A stretch of 64,000 bases of DNA, from the NCBI RefSeq assembly GCF_009914755.1, contig NC_060948.1; one strand, given 5' to 3'. Within the stretch, counting starts at the first letter, position 1. Each line of letters begins with the position of its first letter. The position numbers and the translations under genes are program-made. Positions 11,933-26,163 of this stretch are shown in pieces. Below the pieces are notes generated by a model. That model saw nothing but the letters and a program-made list of their open reading frames with translations. It did no database searches and had not been told where the DNA came from. Source of the stretch: the human T2T-CHM13v2.0 reference genome, Homo sapiens.

Positions 11933-14900
11933 AGGCCTGGAATAAAGTGGAATGCTACGGTCTCGAATGGAATAAAAATGTATGGAATGGAATGCAATGA
12001 AACGGAATCGAATGTCATAGAATGTAATGGAATGCAACAAAATGGAATCCAAAATCATTGACTGGAAAGGCTGGGTGTCGAAAGGAATTGACTCCAATGG
12101 AATGGAATCGAATGGAATGGAAGTGAATAGAATCGAACTAAATCGAATGGAATGGAATTGATAGGAACGGAATGGAAAGGAATGCAATGATTTGGCATGG
12201 AATGGAATCGAATGGCATCGAATGGAATGGAATGGAATGCAATGGAATGGAATGTATTAGAATGTAATGAACTTTAATGGAATGTACTCGAATGGATTCG
12301 ACTGGAATGGAATGTTCTGGAAGTGAATGGACTCCAATGGAATGGATTCAAAAGGAATGGAATCGTACGGAATGGAATCTAATGGAATGGAATTAAATGG
12401 AAATGAATCAAATTGAATAGCACGGAATTGAATTGAATGGAATGGAATGCAATGGAATCTAATGAAACGGAAAGGAAAGGAATGGAATGGAATGGAATGG
12501 GCTGGAATGGAAAGGAATCGAAACGAATGGAATGGAATCGAACTGAAGAGACTGGAATGGAATGCACTGGAATGGAAGGGAGTGTAATGGAAGGTTCTCG
12601 AAAAAAATGGAATGGAATGGAATGGAATTGAATGGAACGGAATAGAGTCGAATGGAATTGAATGGAATGGAATGGACTAGAGTGAAATGGAATCGAACCA
12701 CAAGGAATGGACAGGAATAGAATGGTCTCGAATTGAATGGAATCGTATGGAATGGCATCAAACGGAATGGAATGGACAGCCACGGAATGGAATGCACTCG
12801 AATGCAATGGAGTCGAAACTAATGGACTGGAATAGAATGGACTCGACTGGTACTGACTCCAATGGAATGGAATCGAATGGAAGGGAATCGAACGGAATGG
12901 ACTCGAAGGGAAAAGACTGCAATGGAAAGGTCTCGAATGGAATGGAAATTAATGGAATGGAATGGAATCGAATGAAATGGAGTCAAAAGGAATGGAATCG
13001 AATGGCAAGAAATCGAATGTAATGGAATCGCAAGGAATTGATGTGAACGGAACGGAATGGAATGGAATCCAAAGGAATGGAACAGAATGGAATGGAATCG
13101 AATGGAAAGGACTCGAATGGAAATCACTCGAATAGAATGCAATTTAATAAAATAGGATCAAATGTAATGGAATGGAATGGAAAGGAATCGAAACGAAAGG
13201 AATGGAGACAGATGGAATGGAATGGAACAGAGAGCAATGGTATAGAATGGAATGGAATCATCTGGAATGGAATTGAATGGAATGGAATAATATGAAATGG
13301 AATGGAATGGAATGGAATGGAATGCCCTTGAATTAAATGGACTGGAATGGAATGGACTCGAACAGAGTGGAATGGAAAGTGTTGAGATAGAATGGAATGG
13401 ACTCCTTTGGAATGGTGTAGTATGCAATGCAATCGACTGGCAGGGAATCAAAAGGAATGTAATGGAATGGATTGGACTGGAATGCAATGGACTCGAATAG
13501 ATTGGAAACGGAATGCAAAGGAATGGAATGGAATAGTATGGAATGGAATGGAAAGGAATGGAGTGGAATAGACTAGAGTGGAATGGAATGGACTGGAAAG
13601 CAATGGACTGGAATGGAACTTTCTTGAATGGACTGGAATCAAACGGAATGGAATGCAATGCAATCAAATGGCATGGAATAAAATAGAATGAAAGAGAATC
13701 AAATGGAATTGAATCGAATGGAATCGAATGGATTGGAAAGGAATAGAATGGAATGGAATGGAATTCACTCAAATGGAATGGACTAGAATGGAATGGATTC
13801 GAATGGAAGGCAAAGGAATGGAATCTATTGGAATGGACTGTAATGGAATGGAATGGAAGGGATTGGAATGGACTCGAATGGAATGGACTGCAATAGAAAG
13901 GATTCGAATGGAATGAAAAAGAATTGAATGGAATAGAACAGAATGGAATCAAATCGAATGAAATGGAATGGAATAGAAAGGAATGGAATGAAATGGAATG
14001 GAAAGGATTCGAATGGAATGCAATCGAATGGAATGGAATCAAACGGAATGGAATAAAATGGAAGAAAACTGGCAAGAAATGGAATCGAAATGAATGGAGT
14101 GTTATGGAACGGACTCAAAAGGAATTGAATGTAATAGAATGGAGTGGAGTGGACTCGAATATAATGGACTGGAATGGAATGAAATCACATGGAATGGGAA
14201 CGAATGGAATGGAATGGAAAGGAATGGAATCGAATGGAAAGGAATCGAATGGAAGGGAATGAAATTGAATCAACAGGAATGGAAGGGAATAGAATAGACG
14301 GTAATGGAATGGACTCGAATAGAATGGACACGAATGCTCAAATTGAATGGACTCGAATGGAATGGAAACGAAAGGAATGTCATCGAATGGAATTGAATCG
14401 ATTGGAATGAAATCGCATAGAATGGAGTGGAATCAAATGGAATTGAATCGAAAGGAAAGGAAGCGAATGGACTGAAATGAAATGGAATGGAATTGAATGG
14501 AAAGTAATGCAATGGAATAGAATGGAACGAAATTTCACGGAATGGAATCAAACTGAATGGAATCAAATCAATGGAATCTAATCAAAGGAATGGAAAGGAA
14601 TTGAATGGAGTAGATTGGATTGGATGGGATTGGAATGAAATGTACTGGAAAGGACTCGAATTTCATGAAACGGAATGGAATGAATTGGAACGGAATGGAC
14701 TCGAATGGAATGGAATGTCATGGAATGGCATCAAATGGAATGGCATCAAATGGAATGGAATCGAATGCAATGGAATGCTATGGAATGGAATGGAATGCAT
14801 TGGAATGGAATGTCCTCTAATGGAATGGATTCGAGTGGAATGGAATCGAATATAATGGAGTCGAATGAAATGGAATTGAAAGGAATGGGATCGAATTCAA

Positions 14901-15505
14901 TGGAATATACTGCAATGTAATGTAATGAACTCGAATGTAATTGACTGGAATGGAATGTACATGAATGGAATGTAATCGAATGGAAAGTTATCCAATGGAA
15001 TAGAATCTAATGCAATAAAATCGACTCAGATAGAGTAGAATGTAATGGAATGGAGTGCAGTGCAATGGAATGGAATGGAATGGAATGCAATGGAATGGAA
15101 TGGAATGGAATGGAATGGAATGGAACGGAATGGAATGGAATGGGATGGAATGGTATGGAATGGATAGTAATGGACTGGAGTGAAATGGACTGGAAAGGAA
15201 TGGACTCAAATTGAAAGGGCTCGAAAGGAATGCAGACAAATGCAATGGTCTGGAATGGAATGAACACGAATGTATTGCAATCCAATAGAATGGAATCGAA
15301 TGGCATGGAATATAAAGAAATGGAATCGAAGAGAATGGAAACAAATGGAATGGAATTGAATGGAATGGAATTGAATAGAATGGGAACGAATGGAATGAAA
15401 TTGTATGCAGTAGAAGAGAATAGAATGGAATGCAAGCGAAAGGAAAGGAATGGATTGGAATGGAATGGAATTCATTGGAATGCAAGGGAATGTAGTGTAA
15501 TGGAC
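11933..15505 (+). repeat. DYZ1 unit 4 (3573 bp; extra EcoRI sites at 13761 and 14893; divergent 3' part)
   Basis: Landmark spacing; 1-bp deletion near 14586. Confidence 0.9.
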
Positions 15506-18500
15506 AGGCCTGGAATAAAGTGGAATGCTACGGTCTCGAATGGAATAAAAATGTATGGAATGGAATGCAATGAAACGGAATCGAATGTCATAGAATGTAA
15601 TGGAATGCAAAAAAATGGAATCCAAAATCATTGACTGGAAAGGCTGGGTGTCGAAAGGAATTGACTCCAATGGAATGGAATCAAATGGAATGGAAGTGAA
15701 TAGAATCGAACTAAATCGAATGGAATGGAATTGATAGGAACGGAATGGAAAGGAATGCAATGATTTGGCATGGAATGGAATCGAATGGCATCGAATGGAA
15801 TGGAATGGAATGCAATGGAATGGAATGTATTAGAATGTAATGAACTTTAATGGAATGTACTCGAATGGATTCGACTGGAATGGAATGTTCTGGAAGTGAA
15901 TGGACTCCAATGGAATGGATTCCAAAGGAATGGAATCGTACGGAATGGAATCTAATGGAATGGAATTAAATGGAAATGAATCAAATTGAATAGCACGGAA
16001 TTGAATTGAATGGAATGGAATGCAATGGAATCTAATGAAACGGAAAGGAAAGGAATGGAATGGAATGGAATGGGCTGGAATGGAAAGGAATCGAAACGAA
16101 TGGAATGGAATCGAACTGAAGAGACTGGAATGGAATGCACTGGAATGGAAGGGAGTGTAATGGAAGGTTCTCGAAAAAAATGGAATCGAATGGAATGGAA
16201 TTGAATGGAACGGAATAGAGTCGAATGGAATTGAATGGAATGGAATGGACTAGAGTGAAATGGAATCGAACCACAAGGAATGGACAGGAATAGAATGGTC
16301 TCGAATTGAATGGAATCGTATGGAATGGCATCAAACGGAATGGAATGGACAGCCACGGAATGGAATGCACTCGAATGCAATGGAGTCGAAACTAATGGAC
16401 TGGAATAGAATGGACTCGACTGGTACGGACTCCAATGGAATGGAATCGAATGGAAGGGAATCGAACGGAATGGACTCGAAGGGAAAAGACTGCAATGGAA
16501 AGGTCTCGAATGGAATGGAAATTAATGGAATGGAATGGAATCGAATGAAAAGGAGTCAAAAGGAATGGAATCGAATGGCAAGAAATCGAATGTAATGGAA
16601 TCGCAAGGAATTGATGTGAACGGAACGGAATGGAATGGAATCCAAAGGAATGGAATAGAATGGAATGGAATCGAATGGAAAGGACTCGAATGGAAATCAC
16701 TCGAATAGAATGCAATTTAATAAAATAGGATCAAATGTAATGGAATGGAATGGAAAGGAATCGAAACGAAAGGAATGGAGACAGATGGAATGGAATGGAA
16801 CAGAGAGCAATGGTATAGAATGGAATGGAATCATCTGGAATGGAATTGAATGGAATGGAATAATATGAAATGGAATGGAATGGAATGGAATGGAATGCCC
16901 TTGAATTAAATGGACTGGAATGGAATGGACTCGAACAGAGTGGAATGGAAAGTGTTGAGATAGAATGGAATGGACTCCTTTGGAATGGTGTAGTATGCAA
17001 TGCAATCGACTGGCAGGGAATCAAAAGGAATGTAATGGAATGGATTGGACTGGAATGCAATGGACTCGAATAGATTGCAAACGGAATGCAAAGGAATGGA
17101 ATGGAATAGTATGGAATGGAATGGAAAGGAATGGAGTGGAATAGACTAGAGTGGAATGGAATGGACTGGAAAGCAATGGACTGGAATGGAACTTTCTTGA
17201 ATGGACTGGAATCAAACGGAATGGAATGCAATGCAATCAAATGGCATGGAATAAAATAGAATGAAAGAGAATCAAATGGAATTGAATCGAATGGAATCGA
17301 ATGGATTGGAAAGGAATAGAATGGAATGGAATGGAATTGACTCAAATGGAATGGACTAGAATGGAATGGATTCGAATGGAAGGCAAAGGAATGGAATCTA
17401 TTGGAATGGACTGTAATGGAATGGAATGGAAGGGATTGGAATGGACTCGAATGGAATGGACTGCAATAGAAAGGATTCGAATGGAATGAAAAAGAATTGA
17501 ATGGAATAGAACAGAATGGAATCAAATCGAATGAAATGGAATGGAATAGAAAGGAATGGAATGAAATGGAATGGAAAGGATTCGAATGGAATGCAATCGA
17601 ATGGAATGGAATCGAACGGAATGGAATAAAATGGAAGAAAACAGGCAAGAAATGGAATCGAAAGGAATGGAGTGTTATGGAACGGACTCAAAAGGAATTG
17701 AATGTAATAGAATGGAGTGGAGTGGACTCGAATATAATGGACTGGAATGGAATGAAATCACATGGAATGGGAACGAATGGAATGGAATGGAAAGGAATGG
17801 AATCGAATGGAAAGGAATCGAATGGAAGGGAATGAAATTGAATCAACAGGAATGGAAGGGAATAGAATAGACGGTAATGGAATGGACTCGAATAGAATGG
17901 ACACGAATGCTCAAATTGAATGGACTCGAATGGAATGGAAACGAAAGGAATGTCATCGAATGGAATTGAATGGATTGGAATGAAATCGCATAGAATGGAG
18001 TGGAATCAAATGGAATTGAATCGAAAGGAAAGGAAGCGAATGGACTGAAATGAAATGGAATGGAATTGAATGGAAAGTAATGCAATGGAATAGAATGGAA
18101 CGAAATTTCACGGAATGGAATCAAACTGAATGGAATCAAATCAATGGCATCAAATCAAATGGAATGGAAAGGAATTGAATGGAGTAGATTGGATTGGATG
18201 GGATTGGAATGAAATGTACTGGAAAGGACTCGAATTTCATGAAACGGAATGGAATGAATTGGAACGGAATGGACTCGAATGGAATGGAATGTCATGGAAT
18301 GGCATCAAATGGAATGGCATCAAATGGAATGGAATCGAATGCAATGGAATGCTATGGAATGGAATGGAATGCATTGGAATGGAATGTCCTCTAATGGAAT
18401 GGATTCGAGTGGAATGGAATCGAATATAATGGAGTCGAATGAAATGGAATTGAAAGGAATGGGATCGAATACAATGGAATATACTGGAATGTAATGTAAT

Positions 18501-19069
18501 GAACTCGAATGTAATTGACTGGAATGGAATGTACATGAATGGAATGTAATCGAATGGAAAGTAATCCAATGGAATAGAATCTAATGCAATAAAATCGACT
18601 CAGATAGAGTAGAATGTAATGGAATGGAGTGCAGTGCAATGCAATGGAATGGAATGGAATGCAATGGAATGGAATGGAATGGAATGGAATGGAATGGAAT
18701 GGAATGGGATGGAATGGTATGGAATGGATAGTAGTGGACTGGAGTGAAATGGACTGGAAAGGAATGGACTCAAATTGAAAGGGCTCGAAAGGAATGGAGT
18801 CAAATGGAATGGTCTGGAATGGAATGAACACGAATGTAATGCAATCCAATAGAATGGAATCGAATGGCATGGAATATAAAGAAATGGAATCGAAGAGAAT
18901 GGAAACAAATAGAATGGAATTGAATGGAATGGAATTGAATGGAATGGGAACGAATGGAGTGAAATTGTATGCAGTAGAAGGGAATAGAATGGAATGCAAG
19001 CGAAAGGAAAGGAATGGATTGGAATGGAATGGAATTCATTGGAATGGAAGGGAATGTAGTGTAATGGAC
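15506..19069 (+). repeat. DYZ1 unit 5 (3564 bp)
   Basis: Landmark spacing equals the canonical DYZ1 length. Confidence 0.9.
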
Positions 19070-22000
19070 AGGCCTGGAATAAAGTGGAATGCTACGGTCT
19101 CGAATGGAATAAAAATGTATGGAATGGAATGCAATGAAACGGAATCGAATGTCATAGAATGTAATGGAATGCAAAAAAATGGAATCCAAAATCATTGACT
19201 GGAAAGGCTGGGTGTCGAAAGGAATTGACTCCAATGGAATGGAATCGAATGGAGTGGAAGTGAATAGAATCGAACTAAATCGAATGGAATGGAATTGATA
19301 GGAACGGAATGGAAAGGAATGCAATGATTTGGCACGGAATGGAATCGAATGACATCGAATGGAATGGAATGGAATGCAATGGAATGGAACGTATTAGAAT
19401 GTAATGAACTTTAATGGAATGTACTCGAATGGATTCGACTGGAATGGAATGTTATGGAAGTGAATGGACTCCAATGGAATGGATTCAAAAGGAATGGAAT
19501 CGTACGGAATGGAATCTAATGGAATGGAATTAAATGGAAATGAATCAAATTGAATAGCACGGAATTGAATTGAATGGAATCGAATGCAATGGAATCTAAT
19601 GAAACGGAAAGGAAAGGAATGGAATGGAATGGAATGGGCTGGAATGGAAAGGAATCGAAACGAATGGAATGGAATCGAACTGAAGAGACTGGAATGGAAT
19701 GCACTGGAATGGAAGGGAGTGTAATGGAAGTTTCTCGAAAAAAATGGAATCGAATGGAATGGAATTGAATGGAACGGAATAGAGTCGAATGGAATTGAAT
19801 GGAATGGAATGGACTAGAGTGAAATGGAATCGAACCACAAGGAATGGACAGGAATAGAATGGTCTCGAATTGAATGGAATCGTATGGAATGGCATCAAAC
19901 GGAATGGAATGGACAGCCACGGAATGGAATGCACTCGAATGCAATGGAGTCGAAACTAATGGACTGGAATAGAATGGACTCGACTGGTACGGACTCCAAT
20001 GGAATGGAATCGAATGGAAGGGAATCGAACGGAATGGACTCGAAGGGAAAAGACTGCAATGGAAAGGTCTCGAATGGAATGGAAATAAATGGAATGGAAT
20101 GGAATCGAATGAAATGGAGTCAAAAGGAATGGAATCGAATGGCAAGAAATCGAATGTAATGGAATCGCAAGGAATTGATGTGAACGGAACGGAATGGAAT
20201 GGAATCCAAAGGAATGGAATAAAATGGAATGGAATCGAATGGAAAGGACTCGAATGGAAATCACTCGAATAGAATGCAATTTAATAAAATAGGACCAAAT
20301 GTAATGGAATGGAATGGAAAGGAATCGAAACGGAAGGAATGGAGACAGATGGAATGGAATGGAACAGAGAGCAATGGTATAGAATGGAATGGAATCATCT
20401 GGAATGGAATGGAATGGAATGGAATGAAATGCCCTTGAATTAAATGGACTGGAATGGAATGGACTCGAACAGAGTGGAATGGAAAGTGTTGAGATAGAAT
20501 GGAATGGACTCTTTTGGAATGGTCTAGTATGCAATGCAATCGACTGGCAGGGAATCAAAAGGAATGTAATCGAATGGATTGGACTGGAATGCAATGGACT
20601 TGAATAGATTGCAAACGGGATGCAAAGTAATGGAATGGAATAGTATGGAATGGAATGGAAAGGAATGGAGTGGAATAGACTAGAGTGGAATGGAATGGAC
20701 TGGAAAGAAATGGACTGGAATGGAACTTTCTTGAATGGACTGGAATCAAACGGAATGGAATGCAATGCAATCAAATGGCATGGAATAAAATAGAATGAAA
20801 GAGAATCAAATGGAATTGAATCGAATGGAATCGAATGGATTGGAAAGGAATAGAATGGAATGGAATGGAATTGACTCAAATGGAATGGACTAGAATGGAA
20901 TGGATTCGAATGGAAGGCAAAGGAATGGAATCTATTGGAATGGAATGTAATGGAATGGAATGGAAGGGATTGGAATGGACTCGAATGGAATGGACTGCAA
21001 TAGAAAGGATTCGAATGGAATGAAAAAGAATTGAATGGAATAAAACAGAATGGAATGAAATCGAATGAAATGGAATGGAATAGAAAGGAATGGAATGAAA
21101 TGGAATGGAAAGGATTCGAATGGAATGCAATCGAATGGAATGGAATCGAACGGAATGGAATAAAATGGAAGAAAACTGGCAAGAAATGGAATCGAAATGA
21201 ATGGAGTGTTATGGAACGGACTCAAAAGGAATTGAATGTAATAGAATGGAGTGGAGTGGACTCGAATATAATGGACTGGAATGGAATGAAATCACATGGA
21301 ATGGGAACGAATGGAATGGAATGGAAAGGAATGGAATCGAATGGAAAGGAATCGAATGGAAGGGAATGAAATTGAATCAACAGGAATGGAAGGGAATAGA
21401 ATAGACGGTAATGGAATGGACTCGAATAGAATGGACACGAATGCTCAAATTGAATGGACTCGAATGGAATGGAAACGAAAGGAATGTCATCGAATGGAAT
21501 TGAATGGATTGGAATGAAATCGCATAGAATGGAGTGGAATCAAATGGAATTGAATCGAAAGGAAAGGAAGCGAATGGACTGAAATGAAATGGAATGGAAT
21601 TGAATGGAAAGTAATGCAATGGAATAGAATGGAACGAAATTTCACGGAATGGAATCAAACTGAATGGAATCAAATCAAATGGAATGGAAAGGAATTGAAT
21701 GGAGTAGATTGGATTGGATGGGATTGGAATGAAATGTACTGGAAAGGACTCGAATTTCATGAAACGGAATGGAATGAATTGGAACGGAATGGACTCGAAT
21801 GGAATGGAATGTCATGGAATGGCATCAAATGGAATGGCATCAAATGGAATGGAATCGAATGCAATGGAATGCTATGGAATGGAATGGAATGCATTGGAAT
21901 GGAATGTCCCCTAATGGAATGGATTCGAGTGGAATGGAATCGAATATAATGGAGTCGAATGAAATGGAATTGAAAGGAATGGGATCGAATAGAATGGAAT

Positions 22001-22599
22001 ATACTGGAATGTAATGTAATGAACTCGAATGTAATTGACTGGAATGGAATGTACATGAATGGAATGTAATCGAATGGAAAGTAATCCAATGGAATAGAAT
22101 CTAATGCAATAAAACCGACTCAGATAGAGTAGAATGTAATGGAATGGAGTGCAGTGCAATGGAAGGGAATGGAATTGAATGCAATGGAATGGAATGGAAT
22201 GGAATGGAATGGAATGGAATGGAATGGAATGGAATGGGATGGAATGGTATGGAATGGATAGTAATGGACTGGAGTGAAATGGACTGGAAAGGAATGGACT
22301 CAAATTGAAAGGGCTCGAAAGGAATGGAGTCAAATGGAATGGTCTGGAATGGAATGAACACGAATGTAATGCAATCCAATAGAATGGAATCGAATGGCAT
22401 GGAATATAAAGAAATGGAATCGAAGAGAATGGAAACAAATGGAATGGAATTGAATGGAATGGAATTGAATGGAATGGGAACGAATGGAGTGAAATTGTAT
22501 GCAGTAGAAGGGAATAGAATGGAATGCAAGCGAAAGGAAAGGAATGGATTGGAATGGAATGGAATTCATTGGAATGGAAGGGAATGTAGTGTAATGGAC
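19070..22599 (+). repeat. DYZ1 unit 6 (3530 bp; variant type A)
   Basis: Landmark spacing; diagnostic variants GGCACGG, GACATCG, GTTATGG, GGACCAAA, CTCTTTT; 20-bp deletion near 20410 and 14-bp deletion near 21670. Confidence 0.9.
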
Positions 22600-25500
22600 A
22601 GGCCTGGAATAAAGTGGAATGCTACGGTCTCGAATGGAATAAAAATGTATGGAATGGAATGCAATGAAACGGAATCGAATGTCATAGAATGTAATGGAAT
22701 GCAAAAAAATGGAATCCAAAATCATTGACTGGAAAGGCTGGGTGTCGAAAGGAATTGACTCCAATGGAATGGAATCGAATGGAATGGAAGTGAATAGAAT
22801 CGAACTAAATCGAATGGAATGGAATTGATAGGAACGGAATGGAAAGGAATGCAATGATTTGGCATGGAATGGAATCGAATGGCATCGAATGGAATGGAAT
22901 GGAATGCAATGGAATGGAATGTATTAGAATGTAATGAACTTTAATGGAATGTACTCGAATGGATTCGACTGGAATGGAATGTTCTGGAAGTGAATGGACT
23001 CCAATGGAATGGATTCCAAAGGAATGGAATCGTACGGAATGGAATCTAATGGAATGGAATTAAATGGAAATGAATCAAATTGAATAGCACGGAATTGAAT
23101 TGAATGGAATGGAATGCAATGGAATCTAATGAAACGGAAAGGAAAGGAATGGAATGGAATGGAATGGACTGGAATGGAAAGGAATCGAAACGAATGGAAT
23201 GGAATCGAACTGAAGAGACTGGAATGGAATGCACTGGAATGGAAGGGAGTGTAATGGAAGGTTCTCGAAAAAAATGGAATCGAATGGAATGGAATTGAAT
23301 GGAACGGAATAGAGTCGAATGGAATTGAATGGAATGGAATGGACTAGAGTGAAATGGAATCGAACCACAAGGAATGGACATGAATAGAATGGTCTCGAAT
23401 TGAATGGAATCGTATGGAATGGCATCAAACGGAATGGAATGGACAGCCACGGAATGGAATGCACTCGAATGCAATGGAGTCGAAACTAATGGACTGGAAT
23501 AGAATGGACTCGACTGGTACGGACTCCAATGGAATGGAATCGAATGGAAGGGAATCGAACGGAATGGACTCGAAGGGAAATGACTGCAATGGAAAGGTCT
23601 CGAATGGAATGGAAATTAATGGAATGGAATGGAATCGAATGAAATGGAGTCAAAAGGAATGGAATCGAATGGCAAGAAATCGAATGTAATGGAATCACAA
23701 GGAATTGATGTGAACGGAACGGAATGGAATGGAATCCAAAGGAATGGAATAGAATGGAATGGAATCGAATGGAAAGGACTCGAATGGAAATCACTCGAAT
23801 AGAATGCAATTTAATAAAATAGGATCAAATGTAATGGAATGGAATGGAAAGGAATCGAAACGAAAGGAATGGAGACAGATGGAATGGAATGGAACAGAGA
23901 GCAATGGTATAGAATGGAATGGAATCATCTGGAATGGAATTGAATGGAATGGAATAATATGAAATGGAATGGAATGGAATGGAATGGAATGCCCTTGAAT
24001 TAAATGGACTGGAATGGAATGGACTCGAACAGAGTGGAATGGAAAGTGTTGAGATAGAATGGAATGGACTCCTTTGGAATGGTGTAGTATGCAATGCAAT
24101 CGACTGGCACGGAATCAAAAGGAATGTAATGGAATGGATTGGACTGGAATGCAATGGACTCGAATAGATTGCAAACGGAATGCAAAGGAATGGAATGGAA
24201 TAGTATGGAATGGAATGGAAAGGAATGGAGTGGAATAGACTAGAGTGGAATGGAATGGACTGGAAAGCAATGGACTGGAATGGAACTTTATTGAATGGAC
24301 TGGAATCAAACGGAATGGAATGCAATGCAATCAAATGGCATGGAATAAAATAGAATGAAAGAGAATCAAATGGAATTGAATCGAATGGAATCGAATGGAT
24401 TGGAAAGGAATAGAATGGAATGGAATGGAATTGACTCAAATGGAATGGACTAGAATGGAATGGATTCGAATGGAAGGCAAAGGAATGGAATCTATTGGAA
24501 TGGACTGTAATGGAATGGAATGGAAGGGATTGGAATGGACTCGAATGGAATGGACTGCAATAGAAAGGATTCGAATGGAATGAAAAAGAATTGAATGGAA
24601 TAGAACAGAATGGAATCAAATCGAATGAAATGGAATGGAATAGAAAGGAATGGAATGAAATGGAATGGAAAGGATTCGAATGGAATGCAATCGAATGGAA
24701 TGGAATCGAACGGAATGGAATAAAATGGAAGAAAACTGGCAAGAAATGGAATCGAAAGGAATGGAGTGTTATGGAACGGACTCAAAAGGAATTGAATGTA
24801 ATAGAATGGAGTGGAGTGGACTCGAATATAATGGACTGGAATGGAATGAAATCACATGGAATGGGAACGAATGGAATGGAATGGAAAGGAATGGAATCGA
24901 ATGGAAAGGAATCGAATGGAAGGGAATGAAATTGAATCAACAGGAATGGAAGGGAATAGAATAGACGGTAATGGAATGGACTCGAATAGAATGGACACGA
25001 ATGCTCAAATTGAATGGACTCGAATGGAATGGAAACGAAAGGAATGTCATCGAATGGAATTGAATCGATTGGAATGAAATCGCATAGAATGGAGTGGAAT
25101 CAAATGGAATTGAATCGAAAGGAAAGGAAGCGAATGGACTGAAATGAAATGGAATGGAATTGAATGGAAAGTAATGCAATGGAATAGAATGGAACGAAAT
25201 TTCACGGAATGGAATCAAACTGAATGGAATCAAATCAATGGAATCAAATCAAATGGAATGGAAAGGAATTGAATGGAGTAGATTGGATTGGATGGGATTG
25301 GAATGAAATGTACTGGAAAGGACTCGAATTTCATGAAACGGAATGGAATGAATTGGAACGGAATGGACTCGAATGGAATGGAATGTCATGGAATGGCATC
25401 AAATGGAATGGCATCAAATGGAATGGAATCGAATGCAATGGAATGCTATGGAATGGAATGGAATGCATTGGAATGGAATGTCCTCTAATGGAATGGATTC

Positions 25501-26163
25501 GAGTGGAATGGAATCGAATATAATGGAGTCGAATGAAATGGAATTGAAAGGAATGGGATCGAATACAATGGAATATACTGGAATGTAATGTAATGAACTC
25601 GAATGTAATTGACTGGAATGGAATGTACATGAATGGAATGTAATCGAATGGAAAGTAATCCAATGGAATAGAATCTAATGCAATAAAATCGACTCAGATA
25701 GAGTAGAATGTAATGGAATGGAGTGCAGTGCAATGCAATGGAATGGAATGGAATGCAATGGAATGGAATGGAATGGAATGGAATGGAATGGAATGGAATG
25801 GGATGGAATGGTATGGAATGGATAGTAGTGGACTGGAGTGAAATGGACTGGAAAGGAATGGACTCAAATTGAAAGGGCTCGAAAGGAATGGAGTCAAATG
25901 GAATGGTCTGGAATGGAATGAACACGAATGTAATGCAATCCAATAGAATGGAATCGAATGGCATGGAATATAAAGAAATGGAATCGAAGAGAATGGAAAC
26001 AAATGGAATGGAATTGAATGGAATGGAATTGAATGGAATGGGAACGAATGGAGTGAAATTGTATGCAGTAGAAGGGAATAGAATGGAATGCAAGCGAAAG
26101 GAAAGGAATGGATTGGAATGGAATGGAATTCATTGGACTGGAAGGGAATGTAGTGTAATGGAC
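22600..26163 (+). repeat. DYZ1 unit 7 (3564 bp; variant type B)
   Basis: Landmark spacing; diagnostic variants GGACATGAATAG, GGGAAATGACT, AATCACAAGG. Confidence 0.9.

Noticed and set aside
14575-14585. GAATCTAATCA resembling a DUX4 site (also near 57227)
   Set aside because: It has a mismatch to the TAAYYYAATCA consensus and occurs in only two units.
19956-21182. 408-aa minus-strand ORF (also at 27050, 34153, 41247)
   Set aside because: A low-complexity satellite frame lengthened by a 20-bp deletion and other type-A variants. It is useful only as a marker of the duplications.
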